From Pedobacter sp. (GTDB lineage: Bacteria; Bacteroidota; Bacteroidia; Sphingobacteriales; Sphingobacteriaceae), in the NCBI GenBank assembly GCA_035264385.1, contig DATFQH010000348.1, forward strand, positions 1-46,618: DNA of 46,618 nucleotides, in the 5' to 3' direction. The notes below the pieces were generated by a model. That model saw only the letters and a list, made by a program, of their open reading frames with translations, made no database searches and had not been told where the DNA came from. The translations under genes and the position numbers were made by a program. This document shows positions 37,369-46,618 of this stretch, in pieces (the first letter of the stretch is position 1; every line of letters begins with the position of its first letter).

Positions 37369-38523
37369 TTAAACTTTTATAATGATTTTCCTGCTGTACA
37401 TTACCCAAAGAATTAGTAACCAGAAAAGTACAAAAGTTATGGCCATTGCCAGAGAAGCATTCACCGGAGAAAAATTAGGCGTATAGAAAGTTTCATAAAG
37501 CCAGCTGTGGAATCCGGCCTCAGTACCATCAGGTTTTTTCATTGTGATCATATTCAGCGTCCGCGGCAGGAGCCCCGATAAAAAGAATACCGTGATCGCA
37601 TTCACACCATAGACCACAAAAGGTTTGGTAAACCTACTGTAGTTGTTCACATCGATGATCCAGTAACTTGCAGCCAATACCACAGTAGCCAGGCCACCCG
37701 TAAAGAGTACAAATGAACTTGTCCATAAGGCTTTGTTGATTGGAAACTGCAATCCCCAGATCCAGCCCAGTGCTATAGCGGCAAAGCCTGCGCAAAAAAG
37801 CCAGGCCATTTTAATACCGGCATCGATATCTTTCCGTTTAAGGTAAACACCAACCATAATTCCAAAGAGGCCGGTAGCCACCGCAGGAACGGTGCCCAGT
37901 ATGCCTTCAGGGTCCCAGGTTTTAGCCGACTTCCACAAATGGGCCTCAGTAAGTACAGTACGGTCCAGCCAGGCGCCCAGGTTTGTTTCCTTTTCCAGGT
38001 TAGCATAGCCGACGCCGGGCACCGGTACAAAAGTCATCAACGCCCAATATGCCGCCAGCAACACTATAAATAACCTGAACATATTTTTTTCAGCCGTCTT
38101 TAAAAAGATAACCGATGAGATGAGAAACACTACCGCTATGCGCTGCAATACACCAGGGATACGCAGGGTCTGAAAAGCTTCCAGCGGTTCTGTAAAAACC
38201 CTGGGATAGAGGGACAGAAACAGGCCCAGCCCGAAAAGGATCAGCGCTCTTTTCAGTGCCTTCCATAGGGTCTTGCTATGAGTGGCCGGATCGGCCTTTT
38301 TACTACCCATAGCATAAGCAACAGAGACCCCAACGATAAACAGGAAGAACGGGAATACCAGGTCAGTAGGCGTGCAGCCGTTCCATTCCGCATGCTCCAG
38401 TGGTGCATAGATATGACCCCAGTCGCCGGGGTTATTTACCAGTATCATGGCAGCAACGGTAGCCCCTCTGAAAAAATCCAGCGACAGCAGGCGGGCAGGT
38501 TTATCGGTTAATGTTGAGGTCAT
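37369..38523 (-). CDS. NagX/HGSNAT-like membrane acyltransferase (DUF5009-like)
   Basis: RLLSLDFFRG, MILVN, HAEWNG, DLVFPFFLFIVG, GVLQRI, DPEG, PINKALWT. Confidence 0.9.
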   Translation of the reverse strand: MTSTLTDKPARLLSLDFFRGATVAAMILVNNPGDWGHIYAPLEHAEWNGCTPTDLVFPFFLFIVGVSVAYAMGSKKADPATHSKTLWKALKRALILFGLGLFLSLYPRVFTEPLEAFQTLRIPGVLQRIAVVFLISSVIFLKTAEKNMFRLFIVLLAAYWALMTFVPVPGVGYANLEKETNLGAWLDRTVLTEAHLWKSAKTWDPEGILGTVPAVATGLFGIMVGVYLKRKDIDAGIKMAWLFCAGFAAIALGWIWGLQFPINKALWTSSFVLFTGGLATVVLAASYWIIDVNNYSRFTKPFVVYGVNAITVFFLSGLLPRTLNMITMKKPDGTEAGFHSWLYETFYTPNFSPVNASLAMAITFVLFWLLILWVMYSRKIIIKV

Positions 38524-38543
38524 ACTTTAGCGGTATAAAAGCA

Positions 38544-38572
38544 GTAAGGCCCGAATCAACTCCGGGCCTTAC
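38544..38572 (-). terminator. Hairpin between nagB and the NagX-like gene
   Basis: GTAAGGCCCG-n9-CGGGCCTTAC, followed by TGCTTTTA on the minus strand. Confidence 0.55.
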
Positions 38573-38582
38573 GTAAAGGTAA

Positions 38583-40502
38583 TTAAAATATGTAACGGAC
38601 AAAAGCCTCCATCGCCTCATAGTCGGCAAGTCCCAGGTTATCATAAGCCCGGGCGGTTTCCCTGTTACGGTCTTCAGCCCTTTTCCAGAACTCCCTTGCG
38701 TCATCACCCGGGAAAACTGCGCGGTCCTTCTGCGACTGGTGCTTGAAGATGGCGAATTTTTTCCGCTCTACTTCCTGAGGACTCAGTGGCACGGCCATCT
38801 CAATCTCATGGGTCTCAAACTCCTGCCATGCACCGCGGTACATCCAAAGCCAGCAATCTTTCACCCAGTCTTCAGTTTTGGCCAGGCGCTGTAAAGCCCT
38901 CAGAATTATATTAAAACATACGATATGTGTGCCATGCGGATCCTCAAAATCTCCGGCGGCAAATACCTGCTGTGGTTTAACCTTTTGCAGCAATTCGATA
39001 GTGAGCTCAACATCCTCATCCGTTACCGGATTTTTCTGATTCTTTCCGCTTTCGTAAAAAGGCAGCGCCATAAAATGAATGTGGTCATCTTCCAACCCGC
39101 AATAGCGTGCTCCGGCTATGGCCTCACCCTTTCTGATCAGTCCTTTTACGGTCTGAATCTCGTGGGTGTCTACCTGGTTGGGCTGTTTATGTTCCATGAA
39201 GTCACGCATATTACTGTACATTGCTTTCAGTTCAGGCTGGTCATGACCCATTTTTTCGGCGAAGTCGATATTAAATTCCACGAAGCGAAGCACATCATCA
39301 TCCCATACCGCTGTATTTCCCGAGGTTTGATAGGCCACATGAACATCATGCTGCTGATCTACCAGACGGATGAAAGTACCGCCCATAGAGATCACATCAT
39401 CATCAGGGTGCGGAGAAAAGATAATGGAACGTTTTTTCGCTGGTTCCGCACGCTCCGGTCTTTGCGAATCATCTGCGTTGGGCTTACCGCCCGGCCAGCC
39501 AGTAATGGTATGTTGTAATTTATTAAAAATATCAATGTTGATGTTGTAAACCGGGCCCCTGTCTACTGCCAGTTGTGCCATACCGTTGTTGTTGTAATCA
39601 TCTTCGGTTAGCTTCAGTACCGGCTTGTGCAAGTAGTTTGCCAGCCAGATCACTGCCTTCCTGGTCAGTTTTTCATCCCACACGCAGTCCTTAACCAGCC
39701 ATGGGGTGTCAAATCTGGTCAAAAGGGAAGCAGCATCCTGATCCAAAATGAACTCTACATTTTCAGACAACTGCAAATAAGTAGCAGGCACATCACTCGA
39801 AATCTCACCTTCTACCGCTTTCTTAATGATAGAAGCCTTTTTGCGGTTCCAGGCCATCAGGATAATCTCTCTGGCTTTGAAAATCGTACCGATACCCATG
39901 GTAATGGCTTTCGTAGGCACGAATGATTTACCACCAAAATCCCTTGCAGCATCGCGGCGTGTCAGGTCGTCCAGCGTTACCAGACGGGTACCCGAATTGG
40001 GTGCAGAACCAGGCTCGTTGAATCCGATGTGGCCCGTACGTCCGATACCCAGGATCTGGATATCCAGACCGCCGACATCGGTGATCTTTTTCTCATAGGC
40101 AAGGCAAAAGGCAGGAATGTCTTCCAGCTTCAGCGTACCATCTGGGATGTTTACATTTTTTTTGTCGATATCGATGTGATCGAACAAATTTTCATTCATA
40201 AACGAAACGTAACTCTGTGCGGCATCGGGCTGCATAGGATAGTACTCGTCCAAGTTAAAGGTGATCACGTTTTTAAAGCTTAAACCTTCTTCTTTATGCA
40301 TTCTAACCAGTTCTGCATAAACAGCTATCGGAGTAGCTCCTGTAGCCAAGCCCAAAACTGCGTGATCGTTGTTTTGCTGCTTTTGTTTGATAAGGTTCCC
40401 AATACGTTTAGCTACACTAATTGATGCTGCTTTAGGGTTTTCGTAGACAGAAACGGGCAATTTTTCAAAGCGCGTTTCTTCCAGAAGATTTAATCTTGCC
40501 AT
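38583..40502 (-). CDS. nagB: Glucosamine-6-phosphate deaminase fused to a PIG-L/LmbE-like domain
   Basis: LGLATGATP, FNLDEY, GIGRTGHIGFNEPGS; C-terminal SPHPDDD and DPHGTH motifs. Confidence 0.95.
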   Translation of the reverse strand: MARLNLLEETRFEKLPVSVYENPKAASISVAKRIGNLIKQKQQNNDHAVLGLATGATPIAVYAELVRMHKEEGLSFKNVITFNLDEYYPMQPDAAQSYVSFMNENLFDHIDIDKKNVNIPDGTLKLEDIPAFCLAYEKKITDVGGLDIQILGIGRTGHIGFNEPGSAPNSGTRLVTLDDLTRRDAARDFGGKSFVPTKAITMGIGTIFKAREIILMAWNRKKASIIKKAVEGEISSDVPATYLQLSENVEFILDQDAASLLTRFDTPWLVKDCVWDEKLTRKAVIWLANYLHKPVLKLTEDDYNNNGMAQLAVDRGPVYNINIDIFNKLQHTITGWPGGKPNADDSQRPERAEPAKKRSIIFSPHPDDDVISMGGTFIRLVDQQHDVHVAYQTSGNTAVWDDDVLRFVEFNIDFAEKMGHDQPELKAMYSNMRDFMEHKQPNQVDTHEIQTVKGLIRKGEAIAGARYCGLEDDHIHFMALPFYESGKNQKNPVTDEDVELTIELLQKVKPQQVFAAGDFEDPHGTHIVCFNIILRALQRLAKTEDWVKDCWLWMYRGAWQEFETHEIEMAVPLSPQEVERKKFAIFKHQSQKDRAVFPGDDAREFWKRAEDRNRETARAYDNLGLADYEAMEAFVRYIF

Positions 40503-40532
40503 TTAGTTGTTCTTAAAGTTAGTACGGAGCAG

Positions 40533-40564
40533 TAAATATAGTTTACTCTGATGGCTTTATCAAA
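40533..40564 (-). promoter_or_regulatory. Probable nagB promoter
   Basis: Minus strand TTTG-N20-TATATTTA. Confidence 0.55.
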
Positions 40565-40775
40565 TACTTTAGGAGACCCGGACATGCAAAATAAACTGAT
40601 TTTTTACCGATTTCGTGGTTTCCATGCGATGCAAACGATTGAACTTCTGAAATAAAAAATAGTAAATAATTGAAACTTGTAAGCAAAATCTTTGCTGAAG
40701 GCAGGAACATTCTAACTGATGACGGTTATAAGTCCGGCCGGACAAGGCTGGTAACTGACAGCTACCTCAATCGTA

Positions 40776-40860
40776 GTGAGTCCGCCATGAGTCCGCCATG
40801 AGTCCACGGTGAGTCCACCTTTTCCCAGTAAAAAGGCGGACTCACCGTGGACTCATGGCG
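40776..40860. repeat. 30-bp-arm inverted repeat built from 11-bp units
   Basis: TGAGTCC at 40777, 40788, 40799, 40810; arms 40794-40823 and 40831-40860 (1 mismatch) around the loop CCCAGTA. Confidence 0.9.
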
Positions 40861-40974
40861 CTGTCATAGCGCAATCATCAGGAATCAGGTGATAGTTAGG
40901 TAGCAGGCAGCATTACGGCACTGTACAGTAAGGCCAAAAATCTTATATTGCGGAATGCTATTGTATTTTTTAAT

Positions 40975-42171
40975 ATGAACAGGAACTGGCGAAAATGCTT
41001 TGAGATCATCAGCAAAAGTGAGCGGCTTATCGTCGGGCTGATGTCAGGTACTTCAATGGACGGACTGGATGTTGCATTATGTTCGATCAGCGGGTCGGGG
41101 GCAGAAACTAAGGTCAGGCTCATTAATTTTAAGACCATTGGTTATGAAAATGAATTGAAGGCAGAGATAAAAGCTATTTTTTCCCGTAAGGATGCAGATC
41201 TGCAACTGGTGACCCTGATGAACGAAAAGATCGGGCTGCTGCATGGTGGGATGGTGCTGCAGGCGCTGGAAGACTGGAGCCTGAAACCTGAAGATATTGA
41301 TGTAATCGCCAGCCACGGACAGACGATCTTCCATGCCCCGGCATCACTGCATGGCCTTCCGGCCTATCCGAATGCGACACTGCAGATCGGCGACGGAGAT
41401 CATATTGCTGTTAAAACCGGCATCATGACCATTTGTGACTTCAGGCAAAAACACATCGCCGCAGGCGGAGAGGGTGCTCCTCTGGCCGTATATGGCGATT
41501 ATCTGTACTTTTCTAAAAAAGGAGAAGACCGGGTGATGCTGAACATTGGCGGTATCGCCAACTTTACTTATCTGCCGGCAGACAATGACGCGTCGAGGGT
41601 GTTTTCTACTGATGTGGGCCCCGGCAATACGCTGATGGACCAATTTGTTCAGCAGCATTACAGCGGTTTATATTACGATAAGGATGCTGCGCTGGCGCGT
41701 GCAGGCGGCATAAATGAAGAGTTACTACAGGCGCTGATGGCCGAACCGTTTTTAAAGTCTGGTTTTCCTAAAACTACCGGGCCAGAGCTATTTAACCTCC
41801 ATTATCTCGAAAAGGCCAGGCAGCGTTCCGGCACTTTGGGTCTGTGCAATGAAGATGTTATGGCTACGCTCAATGCATTTTCTGCAGAGACGATTATTGA
41901 GGCGGTAAAAAGATGTTTTGCTAAAAGTAAAATCAGCATTTACCTGAGTGGCGGGGGCATGCACAATCCTTTATTGACAGATCAGCTGAAAAAGGGCTTG
42001 CCCAATGCGGCTTTTTTTACTACAGACGCCCTGGGTATCGATCCGGATGCTAAAGAGGCGGTGCTTTTTGCCTTGCTGGCCAATGAAACGCTGACAGGGG
42101 GAGATACCGATTTTGGCCCCAGGGCGGGCGTTCCTTCGGTAACAATGGGTAAGATCTGCTTTCCTTCCTAG
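40975..42171 (+). CDS. anmK: Anhydro-N-acetylmuramic acid kinase
   Basis: GLMSGTSMDGLD, SHGQT, TLQIGD, DFR, GGEGAPL, NIGGIAN, GPGN, KTTGPELF, GGG, AKEA. Confidence 0.95.
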   Translation: MNRNWRKCFEIISKSERLIVGLMSGTSMDGLDVALCSISGSGAETKVRLINFKTIGYENELKAEIKAIFSRKDADLQLVTLMNEKIGLLHGGMVLQALEDWSLKPEDIDVIASHGQTIFHAPASLHGLPAYPNATLQIGDGDHIAVKTGIMTICDFRQKHIAAGGEGAPLAVYGDYLYFSKKGEDRVMLNIGGIANFTYLPADNDASRVFSTDVGPGNTLMDQFVQQHYSGLYYDKDAALARAGGINEELLQALMAEPFLKSGFPKTTGPELFNLHYLEKARQRSGTLGLCNEDVMATLNAFSAETIIEAVKRCFAKSKISIYLSGGGMHNPLLTDQLKKGLPNAAFFTTDALGIDPDAKEAVLFALLANETLTGGDTDFGPRAGVPSVTMGKICFPS

Positions 42172-42173
42172 CT

Positions 42174-42204
42174 TTTGATTCTGTTTGCTAATAGCGTATA
42201 TTTA
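42174..42204 (+). promoter_or_regulatory. Probable susC promoter
   Basis: TTTG-N19-TATATTTA. Confidence 0.5.
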
Positions 42205-42223
42205 GGTAATCAAAACCGAACAT

Positions 42224-45200
42224 ATGAAAATACTCTACGCTATTGGGCACCCGGTAAACAGGCTTGTTTTATGGGTGCCGATTTTATTTTTGATGCTTGC
42301 CACCACGGCAAGCGCGCAGACCAGGCGGTATACTTTAAGCGGGCGCGTCACCGATGGCAGCTCAGACTCTGGGATCCCGGGAGTTGTGGTCAAGGTGATG
42401 AATACAAATTTTGCGGTAGCCACGAATGGAGAGGGCAAGTATAGCCTGGCCGCCAATTTGGACCCGGGTACTTACCAGGTCAGTTTTTCTTCTGTGGGTT
42501 TCAAGACCCAGACTAAAAGCGTGCAGCTGGGGGCCAATGCAGAGGCGGTGGTAAATGGCGAGCTGAGTACTGACAATATAGGGCTCGACGAAGTGATTGT
42601 GACCGGTACCTCACAGGGAACTACCCGAAAGCAAATGGGTAGTTACGTGAGCTCAGTTAAAGGAGATGCTTTGGTGCGGGCGCCGAGTGGGAATGTACTT
42701 TCTTCTTTACAGGGTAAAACCCCCGGAGCGCAGATCAGCCAGAATTCCGGTGATCCGGCCGGTGGAATGTCTGTGAGGCTCAGGGGCGTGAGTTCCATTA
42801 ACTCTTCTTCTGAACCTTTGTATATTATTGACGGGGTAATCGTGAATAACGCAACGACAAGGGTAACCAATACTTCTGCTAATTACGATGGCGGGAGCAG
42901 CTCCGGCAATGGTGCCGGACAGAATGGAAATTTTGTAGGTAGTATAGGCCAGAACAGGATGGTGGATATCAATCCGAACGACATTGAAAGGATCGAGGTA
43001 TTGAACGGTGCTGCCGCGGCAGCGATCTATGGATCGAGGGCGAATGCGGGTGTGATACAGATTTTCACGAAAAGAGGCGTTAGCGGAAAGCCGGTGATCA
43101 GTTTTTCCACCAGCCTGACTTCAAGCCGCTTGCGCAAACAGGTGGACGTGAATCAGTCGCCGGTTAAGTTTGGTGGTTCTGTTGATGCTTTTACGCAGGA
43201 TGTGATCCAGACGACGGGTACCCCGCCGGCTTTGCTAACCAATACGACGCCGGTAACCAGGTACAATTACCAGGATTATATTTTTAGGACCGGGACTGGT
43301 ACTGACAATACGATTTCCCTTTCGGGCGGTAGCGAAAACACCAAATTGTATACTTCTGTCGGCTATTTTTCCAACCAGGGAATCATCAAGAATACTGATT
43401 TCAAGCGGTATAACATGAGGGCGAATCTCGATCATAAGATAAATGACTGGGCTAAGGTTACTGCCGGGTTTAATTATGTCCATAGTGATGCGAATGAAAA
43501 GCCGGATGGAAACTCCTTCTTTTCGCCGATGAACTCTGTGACTATCATTGGAAATTTTCATGATATTTTTGCCAGGGACGCTTTGGGAAATCTGAAGGCG
43601 GTAGGTGAGCGTGGCAGGGTTAACCCCGTGTCGGTGATTGAAGACATTAAGCAACGGCAGTTTACCAACCGGGTAATCGCAAACACAAAACTGGTCTTGA
43701 ATCCTGTAAAAAATCTTACAGTGGATTATACAATGGGAGTAGACAATACCATTCAAAATGGTACTACCTACATTCCTCCCTTTGCTTATAATGTAAGTAC
43801 AGGGTTTTATGGTGGGGGTGCTGCACTGGATCCGGCGTTGAACGGCTATGCCAGCGCGGCCAATGCAACTACGACTTTATTCAATAATGAGGTCAACCTG
43901 ACTTACGATGCTAAACTGGCTGAACGTCTTTTGTCGACTACGCAGCTTGGCGGATCCTATCAATATCAGAAAGACATGTATTCGCTGTTGAATGGCAGGG
44001 GGCTTGCGCCTTTTGTTCAGACTGTAAATGGGGCAAGTACAATACTGCCCAATAACGACATTAGGGCCGAGCAGTCTATTAGCGGGGCTTATTTACAGCA
44101 AAACTTTAAATACAAAGATCATCTGTTTGTGACGGGTGCCCTCCGGGTAGATCAGTCTACGGTATTTAGTGTGAAGGACAGGACGAACCTTTATTTAAAG
44201 GCAAATGTTAGTTATGTGCTTTCTTCTGCCGATTACTGGGCCGCCCTTGGGGTGTCAGACTGGTGGGATGCTTTTAAGATCAGGGCGGCTTACGGAGAGT
44301 CGGGGAACTTAACAGGGATAGGTCCTTATGATCGTTTCAATGAATACCTTTCACAGTCTTATCTGGGCAAAACTTCCCTGGCGTCCAGGGGGCAGTTGGC
44401 CAATACGGCGATAGCGCCTGAACTTCAGCGTGAACTGGAGGTCGGAGCTGATCTGGCTTTCTTCAAAAACCGGTTGGGAATAGTATTTAACTGGTATGAC
44501 AAGAAGGTTAGCGATCTTTTACTGCCTGTTGTGATTGCGCCTACTACCGGATTCACAACCTTGCTGGAAAACAGGGGCTCGCTTAGAAATAAGGGTATCG
44601 AGCTGATGGTTACCGGTACTCCTGTAGCTGCCGGTGATTTCAAATGGAATACCTCTGTTATTTTTAACCGGAATAGAAATAAGACGGTCGGGGGTGGCGC
44701 GTTGAGGCTGATTTCTACCAATGCAGGGGCGCCTGTAGCGATAATTGACGGGCAGCCAACTGGTGTCTTCTATGGTACCTTTTTTGCACGGAACGCCGAC
44801 GGAAGTCTGCTGACGAACGCTGCGGGGATTCCTCAGCTGGAACGCGGGGTGCAGAACTCTACAACGACTTTTACGCCACAGCGTGATGCGAATGGATTGC
44901 CGGTGGGTACGACGCTGCGGAAAGTTTTAGGTGATCCGAATCCGGATTACACGGGGTCTTTTGTAAATGATTTCTCTTACAAAAAACTGAGCCTGCATGT
45001 ACAGCTGGATGCTTCTGAGGGTGCGGATGTATGGAACGCAGACTGGAGAACCCGTCAGGGTGTGGGTAATGGCAAGGTGGCCGAAGATGAGCAGACCGGC
45101 AAGTTGCCAAGGGGTTATGTTGCCGGGGTGTATGCTACCGAGGAATGGAGAATTGATGATGGCTCTTATGTCAAGCTGAGAGAGGTTTCGTTGAGCTACA

Positions 45201-45394
45201 ACGTGGGTAAGGTTAAATTTCTGCAGGACCTGACCATCAACTTAAGTGGAAGGAACCTGGTTTCATGGGATAATTACAAGGGTTATGATCCGGAGCTGAA
45301 CTCTGGGGGGCAGTCGACTATTTTAAGGAATATAGATTTTGGGTCGGTGCCGATCCCGAGAACATTCAGTCTGGGTTTACAGGTTAAGTTTTAA
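42224..45394 (+). CDS. SusC/RagA TonB-dependent transporter
   Basis: N-terminal CarboxypepD-like domain, LDEVIVTG, LQGK, PLYIIDG, DINPNDIERIEVL, AAAIYGSRANAGVI, terminal Phe. Confidence 0.96.
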   Translation: MKILYAIGHPVNRLVLWVPILFLMLATTASAQTRRYTLSGRVTDGSSDSGIPGVVVKVMNTNFAVATNGEGKYSLAANLDPGTYQVSFSSVGFKTQTKSVQLGANAEAVVNGELSTDNIGLDEVIVTGTSQGTTRKQMGSYVSSVKGDALVRAPSGNVLSSLQGKTPGAQISQNSGDPAGGMSVRLRGVSSINSSSEPLYIIDGVIVNNATTRVTNTSANYDGGSSSGNGAGQNGNFVGSIGQNRMVDINPNDIERIEVLNGAAAAAIYGSRANAGVIQIFTKRGVSGKPVISFSTSLTSSRLRKQVDVNQSPVKFGGSVDAFTQDVIQTTGTPPALLTNTTPVTRYNYQDYIFRTGTGTDNTISLSGGSENTKLYTSVGYFSNQGIIKNTDFKRYNMRANLDHKINDWAKVTAGFNYVHSDANEKPDGNSFFSPMNSVTIIGNFHDIFARDALGNLKAVGERGRVNPVSVIEDIKQRQFTNRVIANTKLVLNPVKNLTVDYTMGVDNTIQNGTTYIPPFAYNVSTGFYGGGAALDPALNGYASAANATTTLFNNEVNLTYDAKLAERLLSTTQLGGSYQYQKDMYSLLNGRGLAPFVQTVNGASTILPNNDIRAEQSISGAYLQQNFKYKDHLFVTGALRVDQSTVFSVKDRTNLYLKANVSYVLSSADYWAALGVSDWWDAFKIRAAYGESGNLTGIGPYDRFNEYLSQSYLGKTSLASRGQLANTAIAPELQRELEVGADLAFFKNRLGIVFNWYDKKVSDLLLPVVIAPTTGFTTLLENRGSLRNKGIELMVTGTPVAAGDFKWNTSVIFNRNRNKTVGGGALRLISTNAGAPVAIIDGQPTGVFYGTFFARNADGSLLTNAAGIPQLERGVQNSTTTFTPQRDANGLPVGTTLRKVLGDPNPDYTGSFVNDFSYKKLSLHVQLDASEGADVWNADWRTRQGVGNGKVAEDEQTGKLPRGYVAGVYATEEWRIDDGSYVKLREVSLSYNVGKVKFLQDLTINLSGRNLVSWDNYKGYDPELNSGGQSTILRNIDFGSVPIPRTFSLGLQVKF

Positions 45395-45411
45395 TTTTTA
45401 AGAGGATTCAT

Positions 45412-46618
45412 ATGAAAAAGTATATAAGTAAAATAATATATGTTGTGCTGATCGTATTGTCAGTCTCGTCTTGTAAGAAAGAGTATAGAAATCCCGGAGG
45501 CGCGAATGCTGATGATGTGTTGAATTCGCCTACCGGCCTTACTGGTGTGGCAGTTGGCTTGCAGAGAACTTACACGGTTGGCCGTTTGGGCGTTTATTTC
45601 AATTCGGTTTCGGTTTCTGGTTTTGTAACCAATGAGATCTTATTGATGAATTCAGGGAATATTCCGGAGCTTCAGTTGTTTACTGGTGGTAACAGCGTAG
45701 ACGGAACCAATAACATCCTTACAAATTTGTGGACCAACAGCAATAAGATCATTTATGATGCAGACAATGTGATCAATAACTCGTCAGAGCTTGGAGATAA
45801 AAGCTACGCTGCCGGACTGATCGCCTATTCGAGTATTTTTAAGGCGCTTGCGTTGGGCAACTTGTCGCAGTACTGGGAAAAGATCCCTGCCGGCATCGGC
45901 CAGAATGTTGGTTTCATTAGCAGGATTGAAGGGTTTACAAAGGCGATAGCGGTGATTGATAATGCGCTGGCAACTGTTGCGGCCAATCCGATTAGTGCGG
46001 GCTTTCAGTCTAATGTTCCTGCGGGGATCGATATCGTGAACACTTTGCATGCGTTGAAGGCGAGGTATGCACTTTTTGCCGGCAATTATGCCCTGGCGCT
46101 GACCGCTGCTAATAGTGTAGACCTGACTAAGAAGTCTACTTTTAATTTTGATGCGCAAACGCTGAACCCAATATTTGAAATCGCGACATCAACAAATAAT
46201 GTCTTTCAGCCTACGAACGCCAATCTGGGCCTTACCGGGGCCAACGTTCCTGATCCGGCAGATAAGAGACTGGTATTTTATACCCTTCCGAATGCAACCG
46301 CACCGGTGGCAAGGCTGGCTGGCTTCGGGTTGACGGGTGCTACAGCTATCCCGGTTTACCTGCCCGGCGAAATTACGCTGATCAAGGCGGAAGCCTATGC
46401 CAGGCAGGCTGTGCCTGATCCGGTAAATGCATTGATAGAGCTAAATAAGGTTGTAACCAAACAGCCTGCAGCAGATCCCTTTGGCGTTGGCGCAGGATTA
46501 ACTCCTCTTATTGGTGCACTGACTCCTGCCCAGATTTTACCATTGATCTTTAAACACAGGTCGATTGAGTTGTATTTGTCTGGTTTAAAACTGGAAGATA
46601 TGCGGAGGTTTGAAATAC
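45412..46618 (+). CDS. SusD/RagB lipoprotein (3' truncated; absent from the ORF track)
   Basis: MKKYISKIIYVVLIVLSVSSC lipobox; in-frame end reads LIKAEAYAR...RSIELYLSGLKLEDMRRF; directly after susC. Confidence 0.92.
   Translation, partial: MKKYISKIIYVVLIVLSVSSCKKEYRNPGGANADDVLNSPTGLTGVAVGLQRTYTVGRLGVYFNSVSVSGFVTNEILLMNSGNIPELQLFTGGNSVDGTNNILTNLWTNSNKIIYDADNVINNSSELGDKSYAAGLIAYSSIFKALALGNLSQYWEKIPAGIGQNVGFISRIEGFTKAIAVIDNALATVAANPISAGFQSNVPAGIDIVNTLHALKARYALFAGNYALALTAANSVDLTKKSTFNFDAQTLNPIFEIATSTNNVFQPTNANLGLTGANVPDPADKRLVFYTLPNATAPVARLAGFGLTGATAIPVYLPGEITLIKAEAYARQAVPDPVNALIELNKVVTKQPAADPFGVGAGLTPLIGALTPAQILPLIFKHRSIELYLSGLKLEDMRRFEI

Overview
46.6 kb of mostly core chromosome from a Bacteroidota organism, probably Sphingobacteriaceae/Pedobacter-like (gldD, SusC/SusD, TAnnTTTG promoters, futalosine genes). 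In order: partial tex; a 3x83-bp intergenic repeat; an AsnC orthologue; two tRNA-Asp(GUC)-like RNAs with very long variable arms; a Tat-type Dabb protein; a Trp attenuator with trpE-G-C; hflX, rbfA, M23-like and TonB-like genes; a divergent DAG-kinase-family/App1-phosphatase pair; yccF, aat, a SNF2 helicase, a GIN-domain protein, ALDH7; TPR-comA-aroE-gldD-MBL-ABC permease; mqnD/mqnB; queD-folE-fabD; a large orphan histidine kinase; and an amino-sugar/peptidoglycan locus (GHL10, M16 peptidase, NagX-like, nagB, anmK, susC, partial susD). I see no transposase, integrase, phage gene or CRISPR array. The standout is 1435-2436. An AsnC orthologue faces, where E. coli has asnA, a unit with its own promoter, boxA-like sites and terminator that encodes only two non-canonical tRNA-Asp-like RNAs. 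They combine AspRS identity elements (GUC, C38, G73, G2-C71), the GatCAB determinant U1-A72 and features that disfavour translation. My hypothesis, untested, is that they are dedicated non-ribosomal carriers for tRNA-dependent asparagine synthesis. All family assignments are from motif recognition, not database searches.
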